Assembly (NCBI GenBank): GCA_937867625.1
Contig: CALMKR010000218.1
Span: forward strand, 1-39,622
Direction: 5' to 3'
Source: an uncultured bacterium
GTDB taxonomy: Bacteria; Patescibacteriota; Minisyncoccia; Phycocordibacterales; UBA918
DNA length: 39,622 bases
This document shows, piece after piece, positions 8,358-17,904 of the stretch. Under the pieces are notes generated by a model. It was not told where the DNA came from, ran no database searches, and saw only the letters and a list, made by a program, of their open reading frames with translations. How positions within the stretch are numbered: position 1 is the first letter of the stretch; each line of letters starts with the position of its first letter. The position numbers were made by a program, and so were the translations under genes.

Positions 8358-9019
8358 TTAAACTCAACATACTAGCTATCGCAGCAGTTGAAGATAGAAC
8401 AAATTTAGATATTCAAATTGCCAAACAAACACTACAGCCTAATAACGTATTCGTACATGTAGACAAGAATCCAGCACAGGGTATAAACGATCGTAGAAAA
8501 CGCATAGCCGAGAATCATAAGATACTTGTTCAAGCAGTAGAAGATTTGAAGCCTGATCTTGTATGGCAATTAGAAGGGGATTCAGTTCTAAACCATAATA
8601 CCTTACAAAAGCTGTATGATGACTTTCAAATACTTAAAGGTAATGGGTTTGGGTATGTATCAGGAATACAGGTCGGTAGACATGGGCTATACGCACTTGG
8701 AGCATGGACAAACTTCACCGAAGATAGTTTTGAGAGTATTAACTACACATTAGACGGATTACAACGTGTAGAAGCTACTGGATTTTATTGCTTACTAGCA
8801 CAGCCGAAAGTATGGCTGAGTGGTCAGTGTTCTTGGGATGGAGAGCCATATGGACCAGATGTAGTTTGGGGACGCAGTATACAGAAACAAAAGTATGTAG
8901 ATATGGATATTCCGATCGGACACCTTGTAAAGAACGGAATAATTAGACCAGAACATATGAGTACCTGTAATGTAAAATTTAGTAAGATAAATGGTAAATG
9001 GGAGTATAAACAACTATGA
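8354..9019 (+). CDS. possible GT-A-like transferase, otherwise hypothetical
   Basis: LNILAIAAVEDRTN... and QLEGDSVL (an EGD motif, as in 6601..7359). Weak. Confidence 0.3.
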   Translation: MIKLNILAIAAVEDRTNLDIQIAKQTLQPNNVFVHVDKNPAQGINDRRKRIAENHKILVQAVEDLKPDLVWQLEGDSVLNHNTLQKLYDDFQILKGNGFGYVSGIQVGRHGLYALGAWTNFTEDSFESINYTLDGLQRVEATGFYCLLAQPKVWLSGQCSWDGEPYGPDVVWGRSIQKQKYVDMDIPIGHLVKNGIIRPEHMSTCNVKFSKINGKWEYKQL

Positions 9020-10212
9020 ATATAAATGACATCATACCAAACAAAGATAATCCGAGAGTTATTCGAGATGATAACTTCAAAAAGCTCGTGCAATCTATAA
9101 AAGACTTTCCTGAAATGCTTGAGATTAGACCGATCGTATTGAACAAAGAACACGTTATTCTTGGTGGAAATATGCGGTATCGAGCTTGTAAAGAAGCAGG
9201 GTTAAAAGACATACCTGTTCAGATTGTAGACTTATCAGAAGAAAAACAACGTGAGTTTATTATAAAAGATAATGTTAGTGGTGGTGATTGGGATTGGGAT
9301 GTATTAGCTAATGAATGGGATACTGATTTATTGAATGATTGGGGACTTGAATTACCTGGTGGGTTTGGTGATGAGGAAGTAGAAGAAGATGAAGCACCAG
9401 AGGTAAGTAGTGAGCCACCTGTGAGTCAACTTGGAGTGGTTTATCAGTTAGGCAGACATAGGGTTATGTGTGGGGATAGTACAAATGATTTACCTATATT
9501 GATGGATGGAACAAAAGCAAACCTATTAGTAACCGATCCACCATATGGCGTTAGTTACGCTGATAAAAACGCCTTTCTTAATTCTATTTCCCGGGGAAAT
9601 AGAAACCAAACAAAGATAGAAAACGACCATATGAAGCCTGAAGAAATGAAAGAGTTTTGGACAGAATCATTCGGGGCAATATTTGCTTATCTTGAAAGTG
9701 ATGCTAGTTTCTACATAACCTCCCCACAAGGAGGGGAACTACTACTACTACTACAGTCATTATACGATATTGGTTATCCCTCAAGACACATGATTATCTG
9801 GGCAAAGAACAACCATGTTTTAGGTAGATGTGACTATAATTACAAACATGAGCCAATTCTGTATGGGTGGTTAGAAAAGCACAAGTTCTACGGTAATGGC
9901 ACACAGAAAACGAGTGTTTGGAACATAGATAAACCACACCAGAGCAAAGAACATCCAACAATGAAACCAGTAGAGTTATTTGCAGAGTGTGTTTTGAACG
10001 GTACTGAAAAAGGACAGGTGGTACTAGACGCTTATCTAGGTAGCGGAACTACTCTAATAGCTTGTGAACAAACAGACCGCACTTGTTACGGCATGGAGCT
10101 TGACCCTAAATATGTAGATGTTATACGCAAAAGGTATGCTAAGTTTATAGGTGAAGAAGATTGGGAAGCAGTAACACTAGAAATCAGCGGAGGAACAGCG
10201 GATGGCTCTTAA
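9016..10212 (+). CDS. ParB-like nuclease domain fused to an N6-adenine/N4-cytosine DNA methyltransferase
   Basis: N-terminus IRPIVLNKEHVILGGNMRYRACKEAGLKDIPV (ParB/Srx fold). Methyltransferase motif IV LLVTDPPYG, then HPTMKPVEL and motif I VLDAYLGSGTT (beta-class order). Confidence 0.85.
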   Translation: MNINDIIPNKDNPRVIRDDNFKKLVQSIKDFPEMLEIRPIVLNKEHVILGGNMRYRACKEAGLKDIPVQIVDLSEEKQREFIIKDNVSGGDWDWDVLANEWDTDLLNDWGLELPGGFGDEEVEEDEAPEVSSEPPVSQLGVVYQLGRHRVMCGDSTNDLPILMDGTKANLLVTDPPYGVSYADKNAFLNSISRGNRNQTKIENDHMKPEEMKEFWTESFGAIFAYLESDASFYITSPQGGELLLLLQSLYDIGYPSRHMIIWAKNNHVLGRCDYNYKHEPILYGWLEKHKFYGNGTQKTSVWNIDKPHQSKEHPTMKPVELFAECVLNGTEKGQVVLDAYLGSGTTLIACEQTDRTCYGMELDPKYVDVIRKRYAKFIGEEDWEAVTLEISGGTADGS

Positions 10213-10612
10213 CCCACAAAACATAGAACAACACAAGTTCAAACCGGGACAATCGGGCAACCCTGCCGGAAGACCACCGGGTATACCTAATGCAAAAACA
10301 AGGTATAAAAGATTACTAGAACTTGTTACTAAGAAAGCTAACCCTGTAACTGGTGAGATAGAAGAATTTACTCAACTAGAATTGATGGACATGGCTATTT
10401 TTAATAAAGCACTAAAGGGTGATTTAAGAGCCTATAAAGAAGTGATGGATAGACTAGAGGGAACATCTGCACAAAGCGTAGACTTAACAAGCGGTGGTGA
10501 AAAGCTACCAACAGTTATAATAGAAAATGTATATGGAACAAAACCAAACTTCCGAGTCAATAATGAGGTTGCCGAGGCTGATAACGTGGCAACAGACAGT
10601 AACCCAGAATAA
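10202..10612 (+). CDS. terminase small subunit (putative)
   Basis: Position immediately upstream of TerL. N-terminal KPGQSGNPAGRPPG motif is common in small terminases. Confidence 0.55.
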   Translation: MALNPQNIEQHKFKPGQSGNPAGRPPGIPNAKTRYKRLLELVTKKANPVTGEIEEFTQLELMDMAIFNKALKGDLRAYKEVMDRLEGTSAQSVDLTSGGEKLPTVIIENVYGTKPNFRVNNEVAEADNVATDSNPE

Positions 10613-11768
10613 CGCTAGATTTAAAATACTTAGATGTGGACGTAGAACTGGTAAGACTTTTTATTTTATTATAGATAGTTTATCGCTTGGGTTACTCTAT
10701 CCTAATTTATCTATGGCGTATGTTGGCTTAACGTATGGTCATGCAAAAGATGTGGTATGGGAAGATTATATAAAGCTTGCCGGTGGATTGATTGAATATA
10801 AGAACAGCCAAGAGTTAATAATACGACTACATAATGGCTCACGCATAAAATTGTACTCATGGGATTCAGTCGATAATATGCTTGGTAAGAAGTATCACAA
10901 GGTCTATTTAGATGAGTGTGCTGTAGCTAAGAACTTAAAAAAAGCTTGGGAAGATGTAATCGAGCCTACACTATTGGATTATCATGGTGAAGCGTTATTT
11001 GCTTCTATGCCTCGTGGTAAAGGTCAATTTAAAGCTATGATTGACGAGAGTAAAAAGAAAGATGATTGGCAAGACTTTCACTTTACATCTTATGATAATG
11101 ACACTATCCCAAATGTAAGAGAGGATTTGGATCGCAAGCGTAGAGATATAGCACCTAGTGTATTTGCTCAACAATACCTTGCAGAGTTTACTGATTTAGA
11201 GGGCCGTATATATACTGAATTTAAGCGTGATGATGCATTACAAGAATGTCCATTTACGCCTATACGATATGGGTTTAGTGTAGACTTTGGCTACAATCAC
11301 CCACTTGCGGCTTATGTATACGCTATAGGAAGTGACGATCAGATTCATGTTATTAAAGAACTGTATGCTCGCAAGTTAGATGATTTACAACGTGTACAAG
11401 CTATTAAAGATTTAACCGATGAGTATAGAATAGATGTTGCAGTAGCAGATAGTGAAGACCCGATTGCGATACAACAGCTATCTAGAGAATTAAACTTTAG
11501 GGTAGACCCTGCTGTTAAAGGTAAAGACTCAGTGTTTCAAGGTATTAACGAAATGAAATCAGCCTTTCATTCAGGGCAACTTACGGTCAGTGATACATGT
11601 ACAAACTTAATAGACGAATTAGAAATATACAGTTGGAAGCTAGATGCAGAGGGCAAGGAAACCGATCAACCAATAAAAGAGAATGATGACGCTTGCGACT
11701 CAGTAAGGTACTTTGTTACTAAGATACGAAACACAAGTTTAATAACAATGCAAGATATTGCAATGTGA
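10527..11768 (+). CDS. terminase large subunit
   Basis: Walker A LRCGRRTGKTF, Walker B-like VYLDEC, and a C-terminal nuclease region with acidic residues. Start uncertain (10527 or 10563). Confidence 0.85.
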   Translation: MYMEQNQTSESIMRLPRLITWQQTVTQNNARFKILRCGRRTGKTFYFIIDSLSLGLLYPNLSMAYVGLTYGHAKDVVWEDYIKLAGGLIEYKNSQELIIRLHNGSRIKLYSWDSVDNMLGKKYHKVYLDECAVAKNLKKAWEDVIEPTLLDYHGEALFASMPRGKGQFKAMIDESKKKDDWQDFHFTSYDNDTIPNVREDLDRKRRDIAPSVFAQQYLAEFTDLEGRIYTEFKRDDALQECPFTPIRYGFSVDFGYNHPLAAYVYAIGSDDQIHVIKELYARKLDDLQRVQAIKDLTDEYRIDVAVADSEDPIAIQQLSRELNFRVDPAVKGKDSVFQGINEMKSAFHSGQLTVSDTCTNLIDELEIYSWKLDAEGKETDQPIKENDDACDSVRYFVTKIRNTSLITMQDIAM

Positions 11769-11821
11769 TTGTGCTATAATCACATTAGAGCGCCATTGAG
11801 TGCCATAACAGGGTAACATTT

Positions 11822-13789
11822 ATGAAATTAGGTCAGCGATTACAGACCGCATACAAGGTTCTAACTTCTCAGAATCTTGGCAATTCAATTAGTGGACAAG
11901 TTCTACGCAATTATCAACAAGGGTCAGCCTTTAACCCAACACGACAACTCTACGGTATAACGTATAAAGCAATAGATAAAATAGGTATGGCAGTAGCCGA
12001 CTACGAGCCACTGGTAGAAAAGTCTAATGGTGACACACTAGAAAACCATCCTATTTATAACCTTGCTAAAATGCCAAACCCTAGACAGAATGGGCATTAC
12101 TTCTTTCATCTTGAAGCGATGCTGTATGAGATATATGGAGAAACTTTCTGGTACAAGGTACGAGGTGAACGTACAAACAAAGTAAAAGAACTGTACCTAC
12201 TTAATCCGGCTTCTATGGAGTTAGTATTTGGTGAGGGCGAGTTGCAAGGCTATGTACTACATAAACCAAACGGACAACAGATACCGTTTACCTTAGAGGA
12301 AATACACCACGATAAACGACCTAACCCATTTAACGAATGGCGTGGTATGTCAGTAATGGAAAAAGCATCACAGTATGTAGACATTGAACTCACTACTACT
12401 TCGTTTACGTTGAACTATATGCGGAACAACGCTAGTCCATCAGGGATTGTAAGCCTACCTGATATGGATCGAGATACGTTTAAACAATTCGCTGCTCAAT
12501 GGCGTGAGGGGTATGAGGGACCGGAGAACGCCGGAAAGACTGCCTTTATACGAGGTGGTGAAGCAGACTTTAAAGCAGTTGGTGCTACTCTAAAAGACAT
12601 TGATCAGAAGATAACTCGTGACATGGCAAAAGACGACGTGCTGATGATGTTTGATATGCCGAAAGGACTACTCGGAGCGAGTGGTGAAAAAGGACTGGGG
12701 CGAGCTGAAACAGAAGCATTAGAATACATATTTGCGAAGTATAAGGTCGAGCCTATGATGGAGCGACTTGATGAAATCTTTGAGGGTATATTAGTAGAGA
12801 TGGGTGTGAGTGATTCTACCAGTGAGATTACCCACTTAACCTCTATTCCTGATGACAAGCAATACATACTGAACCAGAATGAAAAAGGGGTCGGACGGTG
12901 GATTACTATAAACGAGGCTCGGCAATCACAGGGACTTCCTCCCATACCTGATGGTGATGAACTCGGTTCACCGCCTGCACCCACAAATGAAACTAAGGCT
13001 AAAAAAGTCACGCTTAAAAAAAAATTAACTAAAGCTGAAATGACTAAGAAAATCAATCAAGACCAAGAGGAGTTTAGACGAAACTTGGTTGAGACTAACG
13101 ACATCTATGCTAAAAAGTACAAAAGCAAATTAGTTACATTTCTTAGTAATCAAGAAGATGAGATTATTGAAAAGATAGGCGCTCGGAAAAAAGCCTTTGA
13201 AGAATGGTTGTTTGATATTAAGAACGCCAGTGAAGATATGAAAGACGCATTACTGCCAGTCATATTAGATTTAATGGAAGCACAAGGCGAAGATGTTACT
13301 AACTTTATATCTGGGGAACTCTTAACGATATCTCCTGAGATACGTCAAAAAGTAGAACACGACATTCTACAAATTAGTGGTGTGTTTAATACTGATACTA
13401 TTAAGGCACTAGAAAAGACACTACAAGAGGGTCAAGCACAGGGTGAAAGTCTTGTCAAACTAAAAAAACGAGTGGAAACAGTGTACTCAGACGCTAAAGG
13501 CTACCGAGCCGAGAGAATTGCTAGAACTGAATCATTACGAGCCAGTAATAACACGGCGGAGATTGTCTACCAGCAATCTGGCTATAACAAAGTCGAATGG
13601 TTTACTAATCCCGGAGCATGTGAGTTTTGTCAGACGTTTAGTGGCAAGACCAAAACTATTGGCTCAAACTTTATGGATAACGGTGATACATTGACTGGTG
13701 CTGATGGTGGTATGATGAAAATAACTTACGATGATGTGGCAACGCCACCGCTCCACCCTTCTTGTACTTGCTCGCTAGTACCAGTTTAG
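11822..13789 (+). CDS. portal protein fused to a Mu F / SPP1 gp7-like head morphogenesis domain
   Basis: 655 aa, positioned after TerL. The C-terminus AERIARTESLRASNNTAEIVYQQSGY...NPGACEFCQ...PPLHPSCTCSLVP is the classic MuF domain ending. Confidence 0.8.
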   Translation: MKLGQRLQTAYKVLTSQNLGNSISGQVLRNYQQGSAFNPTRQLYGITYKAIDKIGMAVADYEPLVEKSNGDTLENHPIYNLAKMPNPRQNGHYFFHLEAMLYEIYGETFWYKVRGERTNKVKELYLLNPASMELVFGEGELQGYVLHKPNGQQIPFTLEEIHHDKRPNPFNEWRGMSVMEKASQYVDIELTTTSFTLNYMRNNASPSGIVSLPDMDRDTFKQFAAQWREGYEGPENAGKTAFIRGGEADFKAVGATLKDIDQKITRDMAKDDVLMMFDMPKGLLGASGEKGLGRAETEALEYIFAKYKVEPMMERLDEIFEGILVEMGVSDSTSEITHLTSIPDDKQYILNQNEKGVGRWITINEARQSQGLPPIPDGDELGSPPAPTNETKAKKVTLKKKLTKAEMTKKINQDQEEFRRNLVETNDIYAKKYKSKLVTFLSNQEDEIIEKIGARKKAFEEWLFDIKNASEDMKDALLPVILDLMEAQGEDVTNFISGELLTISPEIRQKVEHDILQISGVFNTDTIKALEKTLQEGQAQGESLVKLKKRVETVYSDAKGYRAERIARTESLRASNNTAEIVYQQSGYNKVEWFTNPGACEFCQTFSGKTKTIGSNFMDNGDTLTGADGGMMKITYDDVATPPLHPSCTCSLVPV

Positions 13790-13798
13790 GAAAAATGA

Positions 13799-14353
13799 AT
13801 GAATACATGTAAATATTGCAATCAAAAATACGCACCAACAAGAAAAGACCAAAAGTTTTGCAGTATTAGTCATGCTTTAAAACACCGTTATGCTAATGGG
13901 TTTAAACCAAATACAGAAAAAGCACATGAGACACTACGCACCAAAGGTCATTATAAAAGAGATAATACATACTTAAAAACTAATAACCCTGCTAAATCAC
14001 CCGAAGCAAGAATAAAAATATCTGATTCCAAGATGGGTAATAAAAATGCTATGTACGGAATTGTGGGTGATAAACATCATAATTGGTCAGGTGGAAAAAA
14101 CAAGACAATATGGAAATCAGTAGAATATCAACGATGGCGCAAATCAGTAATGCGGAGAGATAATTTTACTTGTGTAGAATGTGGAGATAACAAAGGCGGT
14201 AACTTAGAAGCAGACCATATTAAACCTAAATATTTATTTCCTGAACTAACATTTGTAATAGATAACGGCAGAACGCTTTGTGTAGATTGTCATAAAGCAA
14301 CTAAAACATGGGGACAAAAAGTGAAGTCACTAAGCAGAGCGGACTTCGCATAA
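13799..14353 (+). CDS. HNH endonuclease (NUMOD-like repeats)
   Basis: CKYCN..., KMGNKNAMYG, and LEADHIKPKYLFPE...GRTLCVDCH. Confidence 0.75.
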   Translation: MNTCKYCNQKYAPTRKDQKFCSISHALKHRYANGFKPNTEKAHETLRTKGHYKRDNTYLKTNNPAKSPEARIKISDSKMGNKNAMYGIVGDKHHNWSGGKNKTIWKSVEYQRWRKSVMRRDNFTCVECGDNKGGNLEADHIKPKYLFPELTFVIDNGRTLCVDCHKATKTWGQKVKSLSRADFA

Positions 14354-15180
14354 TGGATAACCTAGAACTCTACCAAGAAGAACAGCGTCAAGCTCTTATA
14401 GATATGAATAAGGGTATTGTTGAATTGTCTAAAAAAGTACAACAACAGATAGATGCGTACGAAGTTGTTAAAAATGTTGAAGTCACCGGTAGAGTAGAAG
14501 TAAATACTGAAAAAGAAATAGCTGTGAGCAACTTAGAGGACTTACAGGGCTCAATAGAAAGCTTAGAGGGTACATTATCTAAAGCTATTAAAGATAACTC
14601 GTACAAGCCCTTAGAAGCGGTCACCGTAAAGAATATTAAGGACGCATTACCTACTGAGTTAAAGATTACTAACTTAGCTGATATTAAACAGTATTTTAAT
14701 GATCTTGAGCAATCTATTAAGAATAATCAGCCAATTGTCAACGTAGCAAAACAAGACATTGTATTCCCTACTGATCCAAAGAAGCCAATACCTGTACGCA
14801 TAACTGATGGTAAGAAGTTTATAGACGCATTGACAGTCGCAGTCGGTGGCGGTATGGATTCTCAAGGAATCATAGACGCTATAAATAATATTACAGTTAG
14901 TGTTGATACAACTGGATTGGCTACAGAAGCAAAACAAGATGACCTTATTACCGCTGTTAATAATATGGGTGGTTCAGTAACATATAAAGTTCTCGTAGAC
15001 AAATCAGTTACCGACATTATCTATATCGGCAAGGCAACTATTGGGACGGCTACGAGTGTAGCAAGTTGGCAAATTAAAAAAATAGACAAGACCGTAACAG
15101 ATAACGTAACAATAACCTACGCAGCTTCGGGAGCATTCACCGCAACGTGGACAAATCGAGGAAGTGAGACCTACTCATGA
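14353..15180 (+). CDS. putative virion-associated protein, N-terminal coiled coil
   Basis: Start at ATG 14353 (TAATG overlap with the HNH stop). Coiled-coil N-terminus and a beta-rich, Thr-rich C-terminus. Function unknown. Confidence 0.4.
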   Translation: MDNLELYQEEQRQALIDMNKGIVELSKKVQQQIDAYEVVKNVEVTGRVEVNTEKEIAVSNLEDLQGSIESLEGTLSKAIKDNSYKPLEAVTVKNIKDALPTELKITNLADIKQYFNDLEQSIKNNQPIVNVAKQDIVFPTDPKKPIPVRITDGKKFIDALTVAVGGGMDSQGIIDAINNITVSVDTTGLATEAKQDDLITAVNNMGGSVTYKVLVDKSVTDIIYIGKATIGTATSVASWQIKKIDKTVTDNVTITYAASGAFTATWTNRGSETYS

Positions 15181-15368
15181 AACCCATAAACCGCAGATAC
15201 CACGACTTAGACGACACCACCAAACAAAGCTGGCTAACTTGGGATTTATCTAATGGTAGTGAGATAGTAGTGGAGAACTTAACTACTTTTGGTGAAGTAA
15301 CAGACAGTAAAGAACAGCTTACAGCCTTAGCTCAAGAGGTCTGTGATAGTTATGAGGAGAATCTATAA
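15177..15368 (+). CDS. hypothetical acidic protein (63 aa)
   Basis: ATGA-coupled ORF. Confidence 0.4.
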   Translation: MKPINRRYHDLDDTTKQSWLTWDLSNGSEIVVENLTTFGEVTDSKEQLTALAQEVCDSYEENL

Positions 15369-17893
15369 TGGCAGTAATTGTATCCAATGGAGCAACTAAC
15401 TTATCCACAGCTGGTGGGTTTTATCGGTCTGAGAGTTACAACCTCTCACCTATGAGTACAACTTATCTGACATTAGCAAGTGCTAGAACAATAAATGTTA
15501 CTTTTGCTAATGCTGGCAACTGTCAAGGGTTAATTATTTACCTAGCTACCGCAACACACTGCAACAAAGACGTAACTGTTAAACTCCAAGAGAATACTGG
15601 CTCATGGGTAGACCGAGCAAGTGTAACCCTGACCGCTAATCAAATTACTAACAGCGTAGCCAGTAATGCTCAGGCTACCTGGGTAAAGGCTTTTACATTT
15701 GCAACTCCTTATGCCGTAGACACCACAGCTAGCAAATGGCGATTCGATATATCACAAGGCTCAGGTACAAATAACTGGTCACTCAGAACTTCAAATGGTA
15801 CAGCTCCGTCATATATTACTTGGTGCGATAACGCCATAAGCTACACTACTAACGATGTAATTATCGCTAAAGAAACTATAACCATTGACCAAAACTGTAC
15901 ATTTAAGGGGCTATTATCTACTGGGGATAGCACCAACTCTATTTGTGCGATTGCTTGTACTAGCACTACTAGAGACCCAACTGCTAACGGTATGATAGTT
16001 TGGGACGACACCCCAGCGTCAAGCTACACAATGAACATAGACGGCTATATGGTGTTATCTGCTTATGCAGGTTTTCACATTGGTAATTCAACTAATCGCA
16101 TACCCTATGCACAAAAAGCAGTCGTGAACATTAAAAACGCTACTTCTGGCACTGCTACTAATACAGGTATAGGACAGGGTGGCAACGCTTCTCACGCAAG
16201 TGTAACTGGCAAGTCTAGTTTTCAGTTATACGGTGAAGTACCTGCCGTGCGAGTTACTGAGCTTGCTTCAGACGCTAACTTTAACCAAAAGAACATAGTT
16301 ACTACTGACACAACTGGTTGGAGTGTGGGCGATAAGGTGGTTGTCTGTAAGGCTCAAACAGCTGGTGGTACTGCCGAAACTGCACCATTTACAATTGATA
16401 CAATATCTGGCACTAATATTACATTTTTAGAAAATATACTCTCAGCTAAAAGGCTAACTGGCGGTAAAGTTTTCAGAGTTAATGGCTATGGAGTAGAAAT
16501 AATAGTAGAGAATAGTACTGCCATTACCAATTATCTGAACGGCTGTAATGGTTACACAGTTGATGGGGCATATATAACAAGAGCTGTTTTTAATTTTACT
16601 AATGGAACAAGTGAGTGGAACGATAGTGCGGCTAACATTACTGACCTGAAAACAGTAGACAGTGCATTTGTAGGTGCTTCTATCTATGCCACAGTAAATT
16701 GGCATAATAGTAGAACAATAACCGCTGAACGCTGTCATAATTTTAAGGGTGGATTCAGTAGCACTTTTTATGGACCACCAACAGCATTAAAAACAATCAA
16801 GGATTGTATATTCTATGGAACAGGTATTGGTGGTTGGTACAGAGTCCAAAATGCCTTAGTTGAGGATAATTATGTGTATAATAATGGGTCACCACTACTA
16901 GGTAATGGTGGTCTTTACAACTCAACTTTTAGAAATAACTATTTTTGGGGTGCTCAATATGTGTTCCGCAACGATGGTCCATTTGCCAATATTCTGTTTG
17001 AAAATAATATCTGGGATTATACCGACCGCTCTTTCTATAATTTTAATGTAGTAACTAATGTTATTTTTAGAAACGACACATTTGGAGTTGAGCTTGCCAC
17101 AAGATATGTTTTTTCTAACTTTCAAAATTATTCACCAATATCGGCAGTTCTATTTGACAACTGTGTAATTAAGCCAGTTCTCAACTCGCCAACCGAAAAC
17201 AATGGAGAGAGTGTGGACGGCTCAAAAATGAGGTTCCAAGACTACAACCAAACCGCTAACTATGATTTTACTGCTATGACTTACGGCACGATTACTAGAA
17301 CAGGCACAGGACTAGCTGACACTACCGTCCGAACGGCTGGGGGCTTTGCGATGAGGTTTGAACCGACTTATTCACCAAACCTAATGCACTGGGAACAGAA
17401 TGTTCCAACAGGCAATATTCAGAACAAGACGATGACTGTTTCACTCTGGGTCAAGCTAAACAATTCAGCTTACTGGGCTGGCACTCACACCAAACCAACC
17501 CTAACGATTGATTACGACAACGGCACAACTATCACCTCAGTAGCTCAAGGTAATACTAACTGGCAACTACTAGCTTGCACCTTTACACCTGCTACTACCT
17601 ATGGACAGATTGAAATGAAAGTCACAGGAGCTACCGACGCTACTGGCACGGATAGATACTTCTACGTTGATGATGTGAATGTAGCCTACCCTGCTGGTGT
17701 GGCTATTGACCTTGGCAACTTGGACTTGTGGGCAGAGGGATTGCCTGTAGCTCCAGCTATTGCAACTATGCCTAGTCTTGGTGGTGTATGGGACGAGCCA
17801 TTATCTGTACACACAATTGCTGGTAGTGCTGGAAAGATATTGAAAGACGGGGCTGATAACGCAGAGGCAGCAGCATATGATATGTATAAATAA
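15368..17893 (+). CDS. large Asn/Thr-rich protein, probable right-handed beta-helix (fibre/depolymerase-like)
   Basis: 841 aa. Recurrent short N/G-rich turns (NNGS, GNGG, FRNN, FENN, FRND) are typical of parallel beta-helix repeats. Fold call is by eye. Confidence 0.45.
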   Translation: MAVIVSNGATNLSTAGGFYRSESYNLSPMSTTYLTLASARTINVTFANAGNCQGLIIYLATATHCNKDVTVKLQENTGSWVDRASVTLTANQITNSVASNAQATWVKAFTFATPYAVDTTASKWRFDISQGSGTNNWSLRTSNGTAPSYITWCDNAISYTTNDVIIAKETITIDQNCTFKGLLSTGDSTNSICAIACTSTTRDPTANGMIVWDDTPASSYTMNIDGYMVLSAYAGFHIGNSTNRIPYAQKAVVNIKNATSGTATNTGIGQGGNASHASVTGKSSFQLYGEVPAVRVTELASDANFNQKNIVTTDTTGWSVGDKVVVCKAQTAGGTAETAPFTIDTISGTNITFLENILSAKRLTGGKVFRVNGYGVEIIVENSTAITNYLNGCNGYTVDGAYITRAVFNFTNGTSEWNDSAANITDLKTVDSAFVGASIYATVNWHNSRTITAERCHNFKGGFSSTFYGPPTALKTIKDCIFYGTGIGGWYRVQNALVEDNYVYNNGSPLLGNGGLYNSTFRNNYFWGAQYVFRNDGPFANILFENNIWDYTDRSFYNFNVVTNVIFRNDTFGVELATRYVFSNFQNYSPISAVLFDNCVIKPVLNSPTENNGESVDGSKMRFQDYNQTANYDFTAMTYGTITRTGTGLADTTVRTAGGFAMRFEPTYSPNLMHWEQNVPTGNIQNKTMTVSLWVKLNNSAYWAGTHTKPTLTIDYDNGTTITSVAQGNTNWQLLACTFTPATTYGQIEMKVTGATDATGTDRYFYVDDVNVAYPAGVAIDLGNLDLWAEGLPVAPAIATMPSLGGVWDEPLSVHTIAGSAGKILKDGADNAEAAAYDMYK

Positions 17894-17904
17894 AAGGAGT
17901 TAAT

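Noticed and set aside
15368-17893. Many N-x-S/T sequons (I counted about 23 by eye) as evidence for N-glycosylation of the beta-helix protein.
   Set aside because: The protein is very rich in Asn, Ser and Thr, so this count is not clearly above chance. It is not used as support for the glycosylation hypothesis.
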